A stretch of DNA of 64,000 bases, taken from Promethearchaeota archaeon. GTDB lineage: Archaea > Asgardarchaeota > Thorarchaeia > Thorarchaeales > Thorarchaeaceae. Location of the stretch: positions 64,001-128,000 of the forward strand of contig WJMJ01000018.1 of assembly GCA_014728035.1 (NCBI GenBank), given 5' to 3'. Every line of letters starts with the position of its first letter. Within the stretch, counting starts at the first letter, position 1. A program made the position numbers and the translations under genes. This document shows positions 1-10,641 of the stretch, piece by piece. The notes under the pieces were generated by a model. The model was given only the letters and a program-made list of their open reading frames with translations. It did no database searches and had not been told where the DNA came from.

Positions 1-44
1 AATACCTGACTTTCTCCCAACTGAAATTCCGAGTAGGACTTCCC

Positions 45-707
45 ATGAAGCAAATAATCGCTCCTTCAATTTTATCAGCAGATTTTACAAATTTAGAACG
101 TGATATTAAAGCCGCAGAGAGAGGTGGTGCTGATTATTTCCATATTGATGTAATGGATGGCCACTTTGTTCCAAATATATCCTACGGCTCCATCATGGTG
201 AGAACCATGAAAAAAATAACAAATATCCCTCTCGATGTTCACCTGATGATTGAAGACCCTGACAAGTATATTCCGGAGTTTATAGACGCTGGAGCTGACT
301 TGGTAATCCCACATGTTGAGGCACCATATGACATCTATCGGTCTGTACAGTTGATCAATAATTTAGGGGCACAAGCTGGAGTTGCACTAAACCCCGGTAC
401 ACCTCTTTGTTGCATTGAACCATTGATTGAACAGATTGAAGCTGTATTGATAATGAGTGTTTGTCCAGGTTTCGGAGGGCAATCATTTCAGCCAGAAAGT
501 CTGAAGAAGGTCAGACAGCTCAGAGAGATGCTTGATGATCTCAAACCAAGTGTTCATGTTGCTATTGATGGTGGAATCGGACGAAATAATATCCAAGAAG
601 TACAAAGAGCGGGAGCTAACTTCTTTGTGATGGGTTCTGCGGTATTTCGTCAAGACGATATTGAGAAGACAGTAAAAGAACTGAAGGGAGTAGTCGAGAG
701 TAGATGA
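45..707 (+). CDS. rpe: Ribulose-phosphate 3-epimerase
   Basis: IAPSILSADF, HIDVMDGHFVPN, DVHLMI, MSVCPGFGGQ and DGGI motifs; ATGA overlap with the next gene. Confidence 0.97.
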   Translation: MKQIIAPSILSADFTNLERDIKAAERGGADYFHIDVMDGHFVPNISYGSIMVRTMKKITNIPLDVHLMIEDPDKYIPEFIDAGADLVIPHVEAPYDIYRSVQLINNLGAQAGVALNPGTPLCCIEPLIEQIEAVLIMSVCPGFGGQSFQPESLKKVRQLREMLDDLKPSVHVAIDGGIGRNNIQEVQRAGANFFVMGSAVFRQDDIEKTVKELKGVVESR

Positions 708-1546
708 ACATAGATGAGCTGAGAAGACAATCCATTCAAAATCGAATAGATATCATTGAGATGATAGCTGAGGCTGGCTCAGGCCATCCAGGAGGGTCCC
801 TTTCCTGCATCGATATTCTAACAGTTCTGTACTTTGAAAAAATGAATATCGATCCATCAAATCCTGAATGGGAAGATCGTGACCGATTTGTTCTCTCTAA
901 AGGACACGCGGCTCCAGCCCTATATGCCTGTCTAGCTGAGAGGGGGTATTTTTCCAAACGTACATTGTTGACTCTTAGAAAACTCAAATCAATTCTTCAG
1001 GGACATCCCGACTGTGTTCGAACTCCTGGGGTTGATACTTCTTCAGGCTCTCTAGGACAGGGATTATCAATAGCAAACGGGATGGCACTTGCTGCTAAAA
1101 TTGATGAGAAAGACTATTTTGTCTATACTGTCTTAGGTGATGGAGAAATTCAAGAGGGGCAAATATGGGAGGCTGCTATGACTGCATCACATCACGCTCT
1201 TGGAAATCTCATTGCTTTTGTTGACTGGAATGGATTACAGATTGATGGTCGATGTGATGACTTGAAATGTATCTGTCCAATAGAAGACAAATTTCTAGCT
1301 TTTGGTTGGTATGTGATATCAATTGACGGACATGATTTCGAGCAAATTGCAGTGGCTATTGATGAAGCACAGGGTATCGAAGACAGACCTACAATGATCG
1401 TCGCAAAGACAATCAAAGGGAAAGATGTGAGCTTCATGGAAGATAACATTGGTTTTCATGGAAAAGCTCCAAATGATGAAGAGACTGAACAAGCACTGCA
1501 AGAACTCAAATTATTGCTTGAGCAAAATGGAGGGTCTGTTGAATGA
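704..1546 (+). CDS. tktA: Transketolase, N-terminal (TPP-binding) subunit of a split enzyme
   Basis: SGHPGGSLS, DRFVLSKGH, LQGHP, GSLGQG and the GDGE...N TPP motif. Confidence 0.96.
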   Translation: MNIDELRRQSIQNRIDIIEMIAEAGSGHPGGSLSCIDILTVLYFEKMNIDPSNPEWEDRDRFVLSKGHAAPALYACLAERGYFSKRTLLTLRKLKSILQGHPDCVRTPGVDTSSGSLGQGLSIANGMALAAKIDEKDYFVYTVLGDGEIQEGQIWEAAMTASHHALGNLIAFVDWNGLQIDGRCDDLKCICPIEDKFLAFGWYVISIDGHDFEQIAVAIDEAQGIEDRPTMIVAKTIKGKDVSFMEDNIGFHGKAPNDEETEQALQELKLLLEQNGGSVE

Positions 1547-2505
1547 AAAAGGGAACCCTTTACGAAACACGAGGAGCATACGGTGAAACTTTAGTCGAAC
1601 TTGGAAACGAAATGGGAAAGAAAATTATTGTGCTTGATGCGGACCTATCAGGATCAACAAGAACAAGCAAATTCGCAGAGAAATTTCCGGATCAATTCTT
1701 CAATATGGGGATAGCAGAGCAGGACATGATGGGAACAGCTGCAGGATTAGCACTATCAGGTAAGACTGTCTTCACTAGTACTTTTGCAATCTTTGCAGCT
1801 GGACGACCGTACGAACAGATAAGAAATTCAATTGCATATTCAAAACTTGATGTAAAGATAGTAGCATCACATGGAGGAATTTCAGTTGGGCCTGATGGCT
1901 CATCTCATCAAGCAATCGAAGATATTTCCTTAATGCGAGCAATACCAAACATGCGGGTAGTAGTTCCTTGTGATGCACGTGAAACAGTTGGAGCAATTAA
2001 AACAGCAGCCCGGACTCCAGGACCATTTTATATCAGAGTGATGAGACCGAAGACGAAGGTTATCTGTGATGAGGATTATAGATTCAGTCTCGGAAAAGCT
2101 CATACTATGAGAGCTGGATCAGATATAACCATGGTTGCATGTGGTCTAATGGTAGAGATGGCTCTGGATGCAGCAGATTTTCTAAGCAAAGAAGGAATAG
2201 AATGCGAAGTGATTAATTCTTCAACCATAAAACCTCTTGACGAGGATACAATCACTCGTAGCACTCTCAATACTGGTGCTTGTATAACTCTGGAGGAAAA
2301 CACAATTATTGGTGGTCTGGGTTCTGCTGTAGCAGAGCTCCTTGGAGAAAGAAATCCGGTACCTATGCATAGAATTGGTATTCAAGATAAATTCGGTCAA
2401 TCCGGAACACCTAAGGAGCTTATGGATACATATGGATTGAACCGTGCTCATATAGTGTATGCAGTACGAGAAACCCTCGCAAGAAAAGTCGAAAACGGGA
2501 GATAA
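1543..2505 (+). CDS. tktB: Transketolase, C-terminal subunit
   Basis: [21 protein letters not shown] and TIKPLD motifs; ATGA overlap with the N-terminal subunit gene. Confidence 0.95.
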   Translation: MKKGTLYETRGAYGETLVELGNEMGKKIIVLDADLSGSTRTSKFAEKFPDQFFNMGIAEQDMMGTAAGLALSGKTVFTSTFAIFAAGRPYEQIRNSIAYSKLDVKIVASHGGISVGPDGSSHQAIEDISLMRAIPNMRVVVPCDARETVGAIKTAARTPGPFYIRVMRPKTKVICDEDYRFSLGKAHTMRAGSDITMVACGLMVEMALDAADFLSKEGIECEVINSSTIKPLDEDTITRSTLNTGACITLEENTIIGGLGSAVAELLGERNPVPMHRIGIQDKFGQSGTPKELMDTYGLNRAHIVYAVRETLARKVENGR

Positions 2506-2512
2506 CAGAAAA

Positions 2513-3160
2513 ATGAAATTCTTTATAGATACAGCAAATGTTGACGCAATCAGGAAGGCTCATGCAAGAGGAATGGTTGACGGAGTAACAACCAATCCCT
2601 CACTTGTAGCCAAAGAAGGAAAGGACTTCAGAAAAATCGTCGATGAGATTGCATCTTTTGTCAAAGGTCCAATTAGTCTTGAAGTTGTTAGTGAAGATGC
2701 TGATGGCATGTTCAAAGAGGCCCAAGAACTCAACGGATGGATTGACAATGCTGCAATAAAAATACCCATGACCTGGGAAGGTCTCAAAGCAACACGAATG
2801 TGTGCAGAAGCAGATATTGATACAAATGTGACTTTAGTCTTCAGTGCAAATCAAGCTCTGCTTGCTGCAAAAGCAGGAGCCACTTTCGTATCACCATTCA
2901 TTGGTAGATTGGATGATATAGGCCACACTGGAATGGATCTAATTGCAGAAACCGTCCAAATCTTCACAAATTATGCAATGGAAACCGAGATAATAGTAGC
3001 AAGTATTAGACATCCAATCCATGTCAAAGAAGCAGCCATGCTTGGGGCTGATATTGCCACAATCCCACCATCGGTTCTTGAAAAGATGGTGACACATCCA
3101 CTCACTGATGTAGGAATTGAAAGATTTCTAGCAGATTGGGAGAAAGTAAAAAGTAAATAA
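2513..3160 (+). CDS. tal: Transaldolase (short FSA/TalC type)
   Basis: [17 protein letters not shown], Schiff-base [20 protein letters not shown]; start reassigned from 2459 to ATG 2513. Confidence 0.93.
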   Translation: MKFFIDTANVDAIRKAHARGMVDGVTTNPSLVAKEGKDFRKIVDEIASFVKGPISLEVVSEDADGMFKEAQELNGWIDNAAIKIPMTWEGLKATRMCAEADIDTNVTLVFSANQALLAAKAGATFVSPFIGRLDDIGHTGMDLIAETVQIFTNYAMETEIIVASIRHPIHVKEAAMLGADIATIPPSVLEKMVTHPLTDVGIERFLADWEKVKSK

Positions 3161-3228
3161 ACTGCCAAACTGAAATGGGAAGACAGATATGGTGCTTAGA
3201 CCATGTCTTTCCTATCAGGGTGCAGATT

Positions 3229-4782
3229 ATGGAGATAGAGGCAGACCTCGTTGTTTTCAATGGCAATATAATTACTATGGATCCAGAGCTTCCAAATGCT
3301 TCCTGTTTTGCAACAAAAAGTTGGAAATTTTTCGCAGTTGGAGAGGAAGAACACATCCAAGACCTGATTATGACTGCAAAAAGAGTAATTGATCTTGGAG
3401 GAAAGACTGTCTTACCTGGATTCATCGATGCTCACACTCACATTACATCTGCTGGAATACGTGAAGATCATATCCATTTACACGCAATGAAATCCATTGA
3501 TGAAATCAAAAAGACGATTAGCGAAGCCCTTCACAAATACAAGAAAGAGTCGTGGATTTTAGGCCATGGCTGGGACGAAAGCAAGTGGCCAGAGAAACGA
3601 TATATTACTATGACGGATTTAGACGAGGTTAGCACTGAACACGCAATTTTACTTGATCGAATCGATGGACATCTAACATCGGTTAACTCGATGGCATTTA
3701 AGAAGTTGAAACTTGATGAAAAACATGAGGGAATTATTAGAGACAAGAAGGGGAATCCAACAGGTATTCTAAAGGATATTGAAGGCCTCCATAATGAAAT
3801 TTCCATCTCTGAAGAAGAAATACAAAAAGGAATTCTTTCAGCAGGTAGAATTGCAACACGCCATGGAATTACCACAGTTGTAGATAATGCTGTATCGGGA
3901 ATGCTAAGACATTTACGAACAGCAGAATTTGAAAATGACTTGCACGCAAGATTTGTTGTGAATCCACCAGACAAAATGATGACCCCAATGATAAAATTAG
4001 GAATCACCTCATGTTGGGGTAGCCCAATGTTGAAGATTGGAGGGGTGAAAATCTTTGTTGACGGTTCTATTGGAGCAAGAACAGCATATGTATCAGAACC
4101 TTATAACGACGATCCTGAAAATCGAGGGATATTAGTTTATGATAAGAAGAAACTGAAACGTATTGTTAGAAACGCCATCTCCAACGACATTCAAACAGTG
4201 ATTCACGCAATTGGTGATGAAGCAATAGAGATGGTCATAACAGTCTTTGAAGAAATAAAGGACAAGGAAGCAATCCGTCGCCAAAGACACAGGATAGAAC
4301 ACGCAGAGATGATATCAGAATACCAGATCAGACGTGCGGTAAGCCAAGGTCTCATCTTATCAATGCAACCAAATTTTGTAGGAGAATGGCAACAAAAAGA
4401 TGGCATGTACGTTGATAGATTAGGGGAAGAACGAACAAGAGGTATGAATATGTTCAGAGTAGCTCTTGACAATGGTGCAAGGGTCTGTTTTGGTTCTGAT
4501 GGAATGCCATATGGCCCATTGTATGGTATTTGGTCTGCTGTTACACATCACAACGATAGAGTAAGATTAGAATTAGAAGAAGCGATTCGTTGTTACACAA
4601 TGGAAGGAGCATATTCTGTTTTCATGGAACACACTATTGGTAGCATAAAAGTTGGTAAACGTGCAGATTTTGTTGTTCTTTCAGATAATATAGCAAAAAT
4701 TCCAAAAGAGCAAATAAAGGATATCACTATAGAATCAACATTTGTTGGGGGAATAGAAGAATTTTCTGCTCATCGTCAGTGA
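3229..4782 (+). CDS. Metal-dependent amidohydrolase, YtcJ/Amidohydro_3 family
   Basis: PGFIDAHTH, KIFVDGSIGART, HAIGD, HRIEHA, GSD and GKRADFVVL motifs; likely start MEIEAD at 3229. Confidence 0.92.
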   Translation: MEIEADLVVFNGNIITMDPELPNASCFATKSWKFFAVGEEEHIQDLIMTAKRVIDLGGKTVLPGFIDAHTHITSAGIREDHIHLHAMKSIDEIKKTISEALHKYKKESWILGHGWDESKWPEKRYITMTDLDEVSTEHAILLDRIDGHLTSVNSMAFKKLKLDEKHEGIIRDKKGNPTGILKDIEGLHNEISISEEEIQKGILSAGRIATRHGITTVVDNAVSGMLRHLRTAEFENDLHARFVVNPPDKMMTPMIKLGITSCWGSPMLKIGGVKIFVDGSIGARTAYVSEPYNDDPENRGILVYDKKKLKRIVRNAISNDIQTVIHAIGDEAIEMVITVFEEIKDKEAIRRQRHRIEHAEMISEYQIRRAVSQGLILSMQPNFVGEWQQKDGMYVDRLGEERTRGMNMFRVALDNGARVCFGSDGMPYGPLYGIWSAVTHHNDRVRLELEEAIRCYTMEGAYSVFMEHTIGSIKVGKRADFVVLSDNIAKIPKEQIKDITIESTFVGGIEEFSAHRQ

Positions 4783-4791
4783 GGAGATTCG

Positions 4792-6588
4792 ATGTCGAGA
4801 GTAAGAGTGTTAGATGATGCTCTAGTAACATTGATTGCGGCTGGAGAGGTTATTGAGCATCCAGCTTCAGTTGTCAAAGAACTTATCGAAAATGCCTTGG
4901 ATGCTGGAGCTACACATGTTGATGTAGAGATTCAGGCGGGTGGAATTGACAGTATCAAGGTCTCAGACAATGGTTCAGGAATTCTTTCCGAAGATGTGCC
5001 AATATGCATACTCAGACACTCAACAAGCAAAATATCAGATCGTGCAGATCTTGATTCGATAGCTACCTATGGATTTCGCGGCGAAGCACTTGCAACAATG
5101 ACTGCTGTTGCTGATGTCAAAATTGTAACCCGTCATAAAACCGAAGATATTGGTTCACAGTTGATTGCAAGAACGGGAGAGAAACCAGTAGTGCACTCTT
5201 CAAACAGGTCAGCAGGAACCTTAGTAGAAGTTACCAATCTTTTTTCCCAAGTGCCAGCCAGAAGAAAACACCTCGATAGCGAGAAAGTGGAAGGTCAACG
5301 AGTTCATGAAGTTATAATGAAACATGCAATTGTTAGGAATGATATTGGCTTTAGACTAGTCCGGGATGATATAGTCGTTCTTGATTGTCCAGAAGACCAG
5401 AGTTCGAGAGAAAGAGTTGCTTTGCTCTGGGGTAGTGATATCGCAAAGAATCTGGTTGAAGTTAATCATAGAGAAAGCGATATCAGTATCGCAGGTTTCA
5501 TCGTCCGACCTCCGGTCTCAAGAGGAAATCGGGGAAGAGAATATTTCTCGGTCTTAAAACGCCCCATTGAAGATCAGAGACTTAGTAAAGCGGTTGAAAG
5601 CGCATATTCCACTCTGTTGATGTCAAGCCGGTTTCCTATCTGTTGTTTGGATATATCTCCTCCTATATCTCATGTAGATGCAAATGTACACCCTGCAAAA
5701 AGAGAGGTACGTATTCAAAATATTGACGAACTTGTCAGCACAGTTCGACGAGCTGTGAAGCTTGCCCTTGATTTGGAAACACCACCTGAAGTGACTGATA
5801 CCCTTGATGCCTTCGTTGATGAAGATATAATGCCCTATCAGCGTGAGAGCCAATTTTCCGAATCCTCTGATAGATATGAAGAAACACTAGTAGAACAACA
5901 AAGTTTCGGAGAGATAGCTCCAGCAGCAGATATCTTACATCTAGAGGAGGTCGGAGGAGTCTTTAGAATAATTGGTCAAATTATGAAGGTATATCTACTC
6001 TTAGAATTTGATGAGGCCCTTGTAATTATAGATCAGCATGCAGCTCATGAACGTGTGCTCTATGAAAATTTGAGAAAGCAAGTCAACGAAGGGGAAACCG
6101 TTGTTCAAGAACTGTTAGAACCTATTGTGCTACATTTAGATGCTAATGATGCTGAAAGAATATTGGAACTTGCTGGTGTTCTAGAAAATATAGGATACTC
6201 TGTCAGCAGTTTTGGAGGAAATGAAATCCTCGTGTCTAGTCTTCCTGAAATTCTTGGAAAACGTGCGAATGAGGATGAGCTCATATCTTTGGTGGACAGA
6301 ATACTGGATATTGGAGAAGATGTGACGGAGAAATTTATGGATGACCTATTGCGAGTAACTGCTTGTCACTCAGCTATACGGGCAGGACAAACATTGAGCA
6401 ATAGTGAAATCCGAAAACTCCTCCTAGATTTATCGAAAACACCGAATCGGTATAACTGTGCTCACGGAAGACCAACCATCCTCCGAATCGAGAGAGAAGA
6501 ATTGGACAGAAGATTTGGAAGAATAGGAGTAGCCTATTTCAAGCGCTACAAAGCGAGACATAGAATCGAAGATGATTCTGAGTATTGA
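4792..6588 (+). CDS. mutL: DNA mismatch repair endonuclease MutL
   Basis: IAAGEVIE, KELIENALDAGA, GFRGEAL, DANVHPAK, DQHAAHERVLYE, ACH and CAHGRP motifs; GAGGAG SD. Confidence 0.97.
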   Translation: MSRVRVLDDALVTLIAAGEVIEHPASVVKELIENALDAGATHVDVEIQAGGIDSIKVSDNGSGILSEDVPICILRHSTSKISDRADLDSIATYGFRGEALATMTAVADVKIVTRHKTEDIGSQLIARTGEKPVVHSSNRSAGTLVEVTNLFSQVPARRKHLDSEKVEGQRVHEVIMKHAIVRNDIGFRLVRDDIVVLDCPEDQSSRERVALLWGSDIAKNLVEVNHRESDISIAGFIVRPPVSRGNRGREYFSVLKRPIEDQRLSKAVESAYSTLLMSSRFPICCLDISPPISHVDANVHPAKREVRIQNIDELVSTVRRAVKLALDLETPPEVTDTLDAFVDEDIMPYQRESQFSESSDRYEETLVEQQSFGEIAPAADILHLEEVGGVFRIIGQIMKVYLLLEFDEALVIIDQHAAHERVLYENLRKQVNEGETVVQELLEPIVLHLDANDAERILELAGVLENIGYSVSSFGGNEILVSSLPEILGKRANEDELISLVDRILDIGEDVTEKFMDDLLRVTACHSAIRAGQTLSNSEIRKLLLDLSKTPNRYNCAHGRPTILRIEREELDRRFGRIGVAYFKRYKARHRIEDDSEY

Positions 6589-6633
6589 AAATATTGAAGT
6601 AGAGAAAAGCCGCTACATTCATATTGTCAAATT

Positions 6634-7503
6634 CTAATCTTTTTCATCACTTCGTTTGTCACGTACCTTGTCCATAAATTCTCCAGTGATAACGGTAATT
6701 CCCTCCTTTTTAGCTTCCTCAACTACACCAGCAAAAACGCGCTTCAAAAATATGCGCGGCACACGTACAAGTTTAGCAGCAGCCTCCTCAGTCCATTGGA
6801 CACTTGGATCAAATCTCTTAGCAGCAAACATAATCGAATTAACATTGGTATCATGACGATCAGTTATCTGGACTTTGTAAGGTTTTTTGGCCTCTGTAAA
6901 CCAGAAATACATGTTATCTCTAAATCCATAATCAATGGGAAGTTTTGGAAATTTCTTTGCTTCCATGCCATGGATGATTGCCTCGCGATATTCATTTTTG
7001 AGAAAGATCTCGTCAACACGTAGTAGAAAGTGGTTACATTCAGGGGTTACCTCTAATGGAAAACTATCGTCCCATGTGCATTCCATTATCTGAACAGACT
7101 CTTCTACAATTTCAGGATATTGAATTCCTGTTTTCTTTTCTTTTCGCATGGAAGGAATCAAACTGAAAATACTATGCTTCATTTTCTCCTCTGTTGATTC
7201 ACCAGGCCACCCAAGCTCAACACAGCACTCCATGTACTTTTTATCATCAGGAATAAAATTCAAAGCACAAAAACCAGTTCTCCGGATATTCTCAGCTGTA
7301 TTACTTGTAGCTCTGGAAATAAACATCATCGCGTGTTCTCCTGATTCACCTGCAATGATATGTGGGAAGACAAGAGAATAAGGGCCAAGGTTAGTCATTC
7401 CTGATTCTGAAACAGTACTTACCAATACAACCGGCATTGGAAAGAAAGAACTTGTTTGATAGAAATTATCAAGTATGGGAATTGATTCAAAATCTGTTGT
7501 CAT
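6634..7503 (-). CDS. Flavin reductase-like (FMN split barrel) protein with a C-terminal PCP_red-like domain
   Basis: PMPVVLVST...NLGPYS...TAENIRRTG...LNF; C-terminal WTEEAAAKLVRVPRIF...EAKKEGITVIT resembles the PCP_red domain. Confidence 0.75.
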   Translation of the reverse strand: MTTDFESIPILDNFYQTSSFFPMPVVLVSTVSESGMTNLGPYSLVFPHIIAGESGEHAMMFISRATSNTAENIRRTGFCALNFIPDDKKYMECCVELGWPGESTEEKMKHSIFSLIPSMRKEKKTGIQYPEIVEESVQIMECTWDDSFPLEVTPECNHFLLRVDEIFLKNEYREAIIHGMEAKKFPKLPIDYGFRDNMYFWFTEAKKPYKVQITDRHDTNVNSIMFAAKRFDPSVQWTEEAAAKLVRVPRIFLKRVFAGVVEEAKKEGITVITGEFMDKVRDKRSDEKD

Positions 7504-7680
7504 AGTCTTTTATGGATACATGATACCTTTTTTACTCTCTCAAAAATACAATCATTATTTATTATAATAATGATAATAGTATACCGAAGTAATGACTGTA
7601 TCATTGCGTTGTTTGATGCTTTGATAAATGTAAATAAAGAAAAATAGAATCATGAGTTATGTAATCACAAAAAAAACAAG

Positions 7681-8580
7681 ATGGTCTTAAACACCATAAT
7701 TCTCCCAAATGCTTCTGCTGAGAATGACGCAGTTCTGCTAGCTAAGAGTGTAAGAAAGAATGGCGGTAGTTTCTCTCGATTTCCAATTAAAATGTTCCAA
7801 CCAGTTTCAGATAAAGAGGTTTCATCTAAAGTTCAAAAACTCCTCAAGAATCTTGATGTGGAGATAATTCAATTTAAAATTAAGAGAGATGAGTTGAAAT
7901 TCCCTTTCATGACAGAAGCAATTGCAATGGCTGAAGCTGAAAAATACGGACTGAAAAACTCAGAGCAGATTCTATGGTTAGCGAAAAATACCGTGATCAT
8001 CAAAGAACCAATCGAATTACTACTAAAAGAAAATGAACAGCTAAGGTATAAACCTGTTCATCATTTGCTCATAGGATCACGTTATAGCGAAAACAAAGAT
8101 TCGTTTTGGGATTTGGTGTATCAAGTATGCGGAGTAGAGAAAAACAAGATATTTTCCATGAAAACCCACATCGATAATGAAGAAATCAGACCATATTTTA
8201 ATGCAGGATGTCTGGTTACAAAACCAGAAGCCGAACTATTTCAAAAATATCTGGATATCTTTCAGAGTGTGTATTTACAAGATTCATTCAAGAAATTCTA
8301 TCAAAAGAATAAACTATTCATGATATTTATCCATCAAGCTATTCTCTCTGGAACAATAATAGCAAACTTTCAGAAAGATAGGATGGTAGAATTACCACAC
8401 GTTTACAATTACCCAGTTCATTTATTCAACGAAGATAGAACGAAGAGCCGTCCTAGAATTCTGGACGACGTGGTAACCTTCCGACATGAAGGATTTTATC
8501 AAAAAGATGATTGGATGAAGAAGATGCCAGCTTCAAGCAGGTTGAAAAAATGGCTTGGTGATAATCTTATTCATGGATAA
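7681..8580 (+). CDS. Hypothetical protein, glycosyltransferase family 8-like (GT-A)
   Basis: LLAKSVRK, PYFNAG, HQAILS and YNYP motifs; the expected DxD reads LAKNTV (degenerate). Confidence 0.55.
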   Translation: MVLNTIILPNASAENDAVLLAKSVRKNGGSFSRFPIKMFQPVSDKEVSSKVQKLLKNLDVEIIQFKIKRDELKFPFMTEAIAMAEAEKYGLKNSEQILWLAKNTVIIKEPIELLLKENEQLRYKPVHHLLIGSRYSENKDSFWDLVYQVCGVEKNKIFSMKTHIDNEEIRPYFNAGCLVTKPEAELFQKYLDIFQSVYLQDSFKKFYQKNKLFMIFIHQAILSGTIIANFQKDRMVELPHVYNYPVHLFNEDRTKSRPRILDDVVTFRHEGFYQKDDWMKKMPASSRLKKWLGDNLIHG

Positions 8581-8849
8581 TTTACTACATTTTCTCTCAA
8601 TTCTTGAGTAGAGAATGTTTTAGCTATAAACGACAAACCATAGAAGTTGAGTCCTGTAACACCAACTAGACTGTTTTCCTGTCTAGCAGTAAGTATTCTT
8701 TTTTGGACAAAATGTGTAAGTATGAATTTCAATGCTTGTTCAATACTGCCAAACAAAGATCCAAATTTGGTTGATAGAGAATGGTACAATATTTGAGATA
8801 AAATCAATTTCTCATCTTCAGACAAATCTGGAAAACGCATTATATCCAT
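8571..8849 (-). pseudogene. Probable truncated GNAT acetyltransferase (N-terminal half only)
   Basis: KFGSLFGS...ILTARQENSLVGVTGL resembles GNAT N-termini; ends after 92 aa with no acetyl-CoA-binding RGxG motif, colliding with the convergent gene. Confidence 0.4.
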
Positions 8850-9008
8850 AAATCATTGAAATTCACTAGATAAATAAAATCTTGTATGGAAAAGATTGAC
8901 TAGAGAGATAACATACAAAACGTTCTTTTGAATTGGTAGTGAACCACCCGCAACCCAAAATTATTCCAATCAAACTATATGCCGAAATTTTGAAATCTGG
9001 GAGAATTT

Positions 9009-9386
9009 CTAAGAAATGTCAGGATCTTCTTGTATCTTTATTCTGACCATTTCTATTAGCTCATCAACAGATGATACACTGTTCATCTCTTCAACTGAAA
9101 TAAAATAAGAAAGGTCTCCATTCATCAGCAAAAAAGCAGAGGGAAAAGAAGGATCATCAAAGGAATGTCGATTATTGAACTCGTCTTTATGCAAAACCTC
9201 TACAGGGATGTCTAATGAATCAATGAAATTCTGCCATTCATTTCTCATACCCGTGTTGCTATATGTGACTGCACACAGATTGCACTGATAGGTATCAGGA
9301 GAAATTAGCCTATGAAAGAAATCTTTGGTCGCATTCAAGAGTCCACTATCAGCATTGTAAACGAAAATAATTTTTGAATTTGGCAT
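9009..9386 (-). CDS. Conserved hypothetical protein, probable thioredoxin-like fold
   Basis: IFVYNADSG...SPDTYQCNLCAVTY...W..FI pattern of a widespread bacterial hypothetical family; likely start ATG 9386. Confidence 0.7.
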   Translation of the reverse strand: MPNSKIIFVYNADSGLLNATKDFFHRLISPDTYQCNLCAVTYSNTGMRNEWQNFIDSLDIPVEVLHKDEFNNRHSFDDPSFPSAFLLMNGDLSYFISVEEMNSVSSVDELIEMVRIKIQEDPDIS

Positions 9387-9663
9387 GCTAAGATATAGAA
9401 ACAAATCTATTTGAATAAATGCATTCAAGAAGTTAGATATTGTAGTTTTATTGTTATAGATAGAGGTACGGTTTAATGAGATATAGTTCTAAAGTAAATG
9501 AATACCGGCGACCCAATGAGGTGAAGAACCCAGATAGTTTGCTAGAGAAAATACCAAAATATGCATCATGTGTATTTGAAATATCTGTAAGAATGGAATA
9601 TTTTCATTACAACAGGTGTAAATGGAAGCTAGAAGATAATATTTTCTTTGAGAGTTGGTAATT

Positions 9664-10641
9664 ATGGGAGTCAAACATCGAATCATGAAATCGATCATCC
9701 TAAGATTTGGAATACCTCGAATCAAGCGGATGATGGAGAAACAGAAAGCAATTCAGGATAGACCAGATGCCATCCGACCCACAGCTAACTCTCCAACAAG
9801 ATTTGAGATTCCACTTGAAATGATGAATCTTATCTCAACACGTGATGATATTGAGATGAAGCATATGTTGCCAGTACGAAGACTTCTCTCGGTTATGAAA
9901 AATATTCATCGCTCAGTTGATTCGCTTGAAGAAAACCCCATGAACCCAAAGATATCTATCACCTCAGAAGAAGTAACAAAGTTGGAAGAATATGCTCAAG
10001 GGCAAGGAGTTTCAAGTCTGGGTTATGTGAAGCTTCCTCAAAATTTGATATTTCAGAAATTTGGAGTCATCTATGAAAATGCAATCATTCTCACAATGGA
10101 AATGAGCAAGGAGAAAATAGACAAGGCTCCCAGTCAGAGTACCATGAATATGGTGTTCAAAACATACGATGAACTCGGACAAGCAGGAAACCAAATAGCG
10201 GAATATCTAAGAATTAAAGGATATGCAGCTCAGGCAGATCATCCATTAGGAGGTCTCGTATTGTTTCCACCGTTAGCACAACTAGCAGGACTTGGATGGA
10301 TTGGGAAACATGGACTACTCATAACTCCTAAATACGGACCACGTGTGCGACTAGCTGCTGTCTATACTAGCATTGCAAACCTTTCAATAAAAGAAAATAA
10401 TGAACATGATTGGATTGCTGATTACTGTGCTCTATGTGGAAGGTGTATCAAAGAATGTCCACCTCAAGCAATACTAGAGGACACAGTTGTCCATGAATCA
10501 GGACTTGTCACAAACATCAGACAACAGGAATGCTTCGAATATTTCGGGCAATATTATGGCTGTTCCATATGTGTAAAGGTGTGTCCATTTTCTAGGAGTG
10601 CCACAATGTATCAACGTTTGAAAAAAGTCACTCAACGATGA
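9664..10641 (+). CDS. Reductive dehalogenase/epoxyqueuosine reductase-like cobalamin and 2x[4Fe-4S] protein
   Basis: LAQLAGLGWIGKHGLLITPKYGPRVRL, CALCGRCIKECP and C...CSICVKVCP; no Tat signal. Confidence 0.85.
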   Translation: MGVKHRIMKSIILRFGIPRIKRMMEKQKAIQDRPDAIRPTANSPTRFEIPLEMMNLISTRDDIEMKHMLPVRRLLSVMKNIHRSVDSLEENPMNPKISITSEEVTKLEEYAQGQGVSSLGYVKLPQNLIFQKFGVIYENAIILTMEMSKEKIDKAPSQSTMNMVFKTYDELGQAGNQIAEYLRIKGYAAQADHPLGGLVLFPPLAQLAGLGWIGKHGLLITPKYGPRVRLAAVYTSIANLSIKENNEHDWIADYCALCGRCIKECPPQAILEDTVVHESGLVTNIRQQECFEYFGQYYGCSICVKVCPFSRSATMYQRLKKVTQR

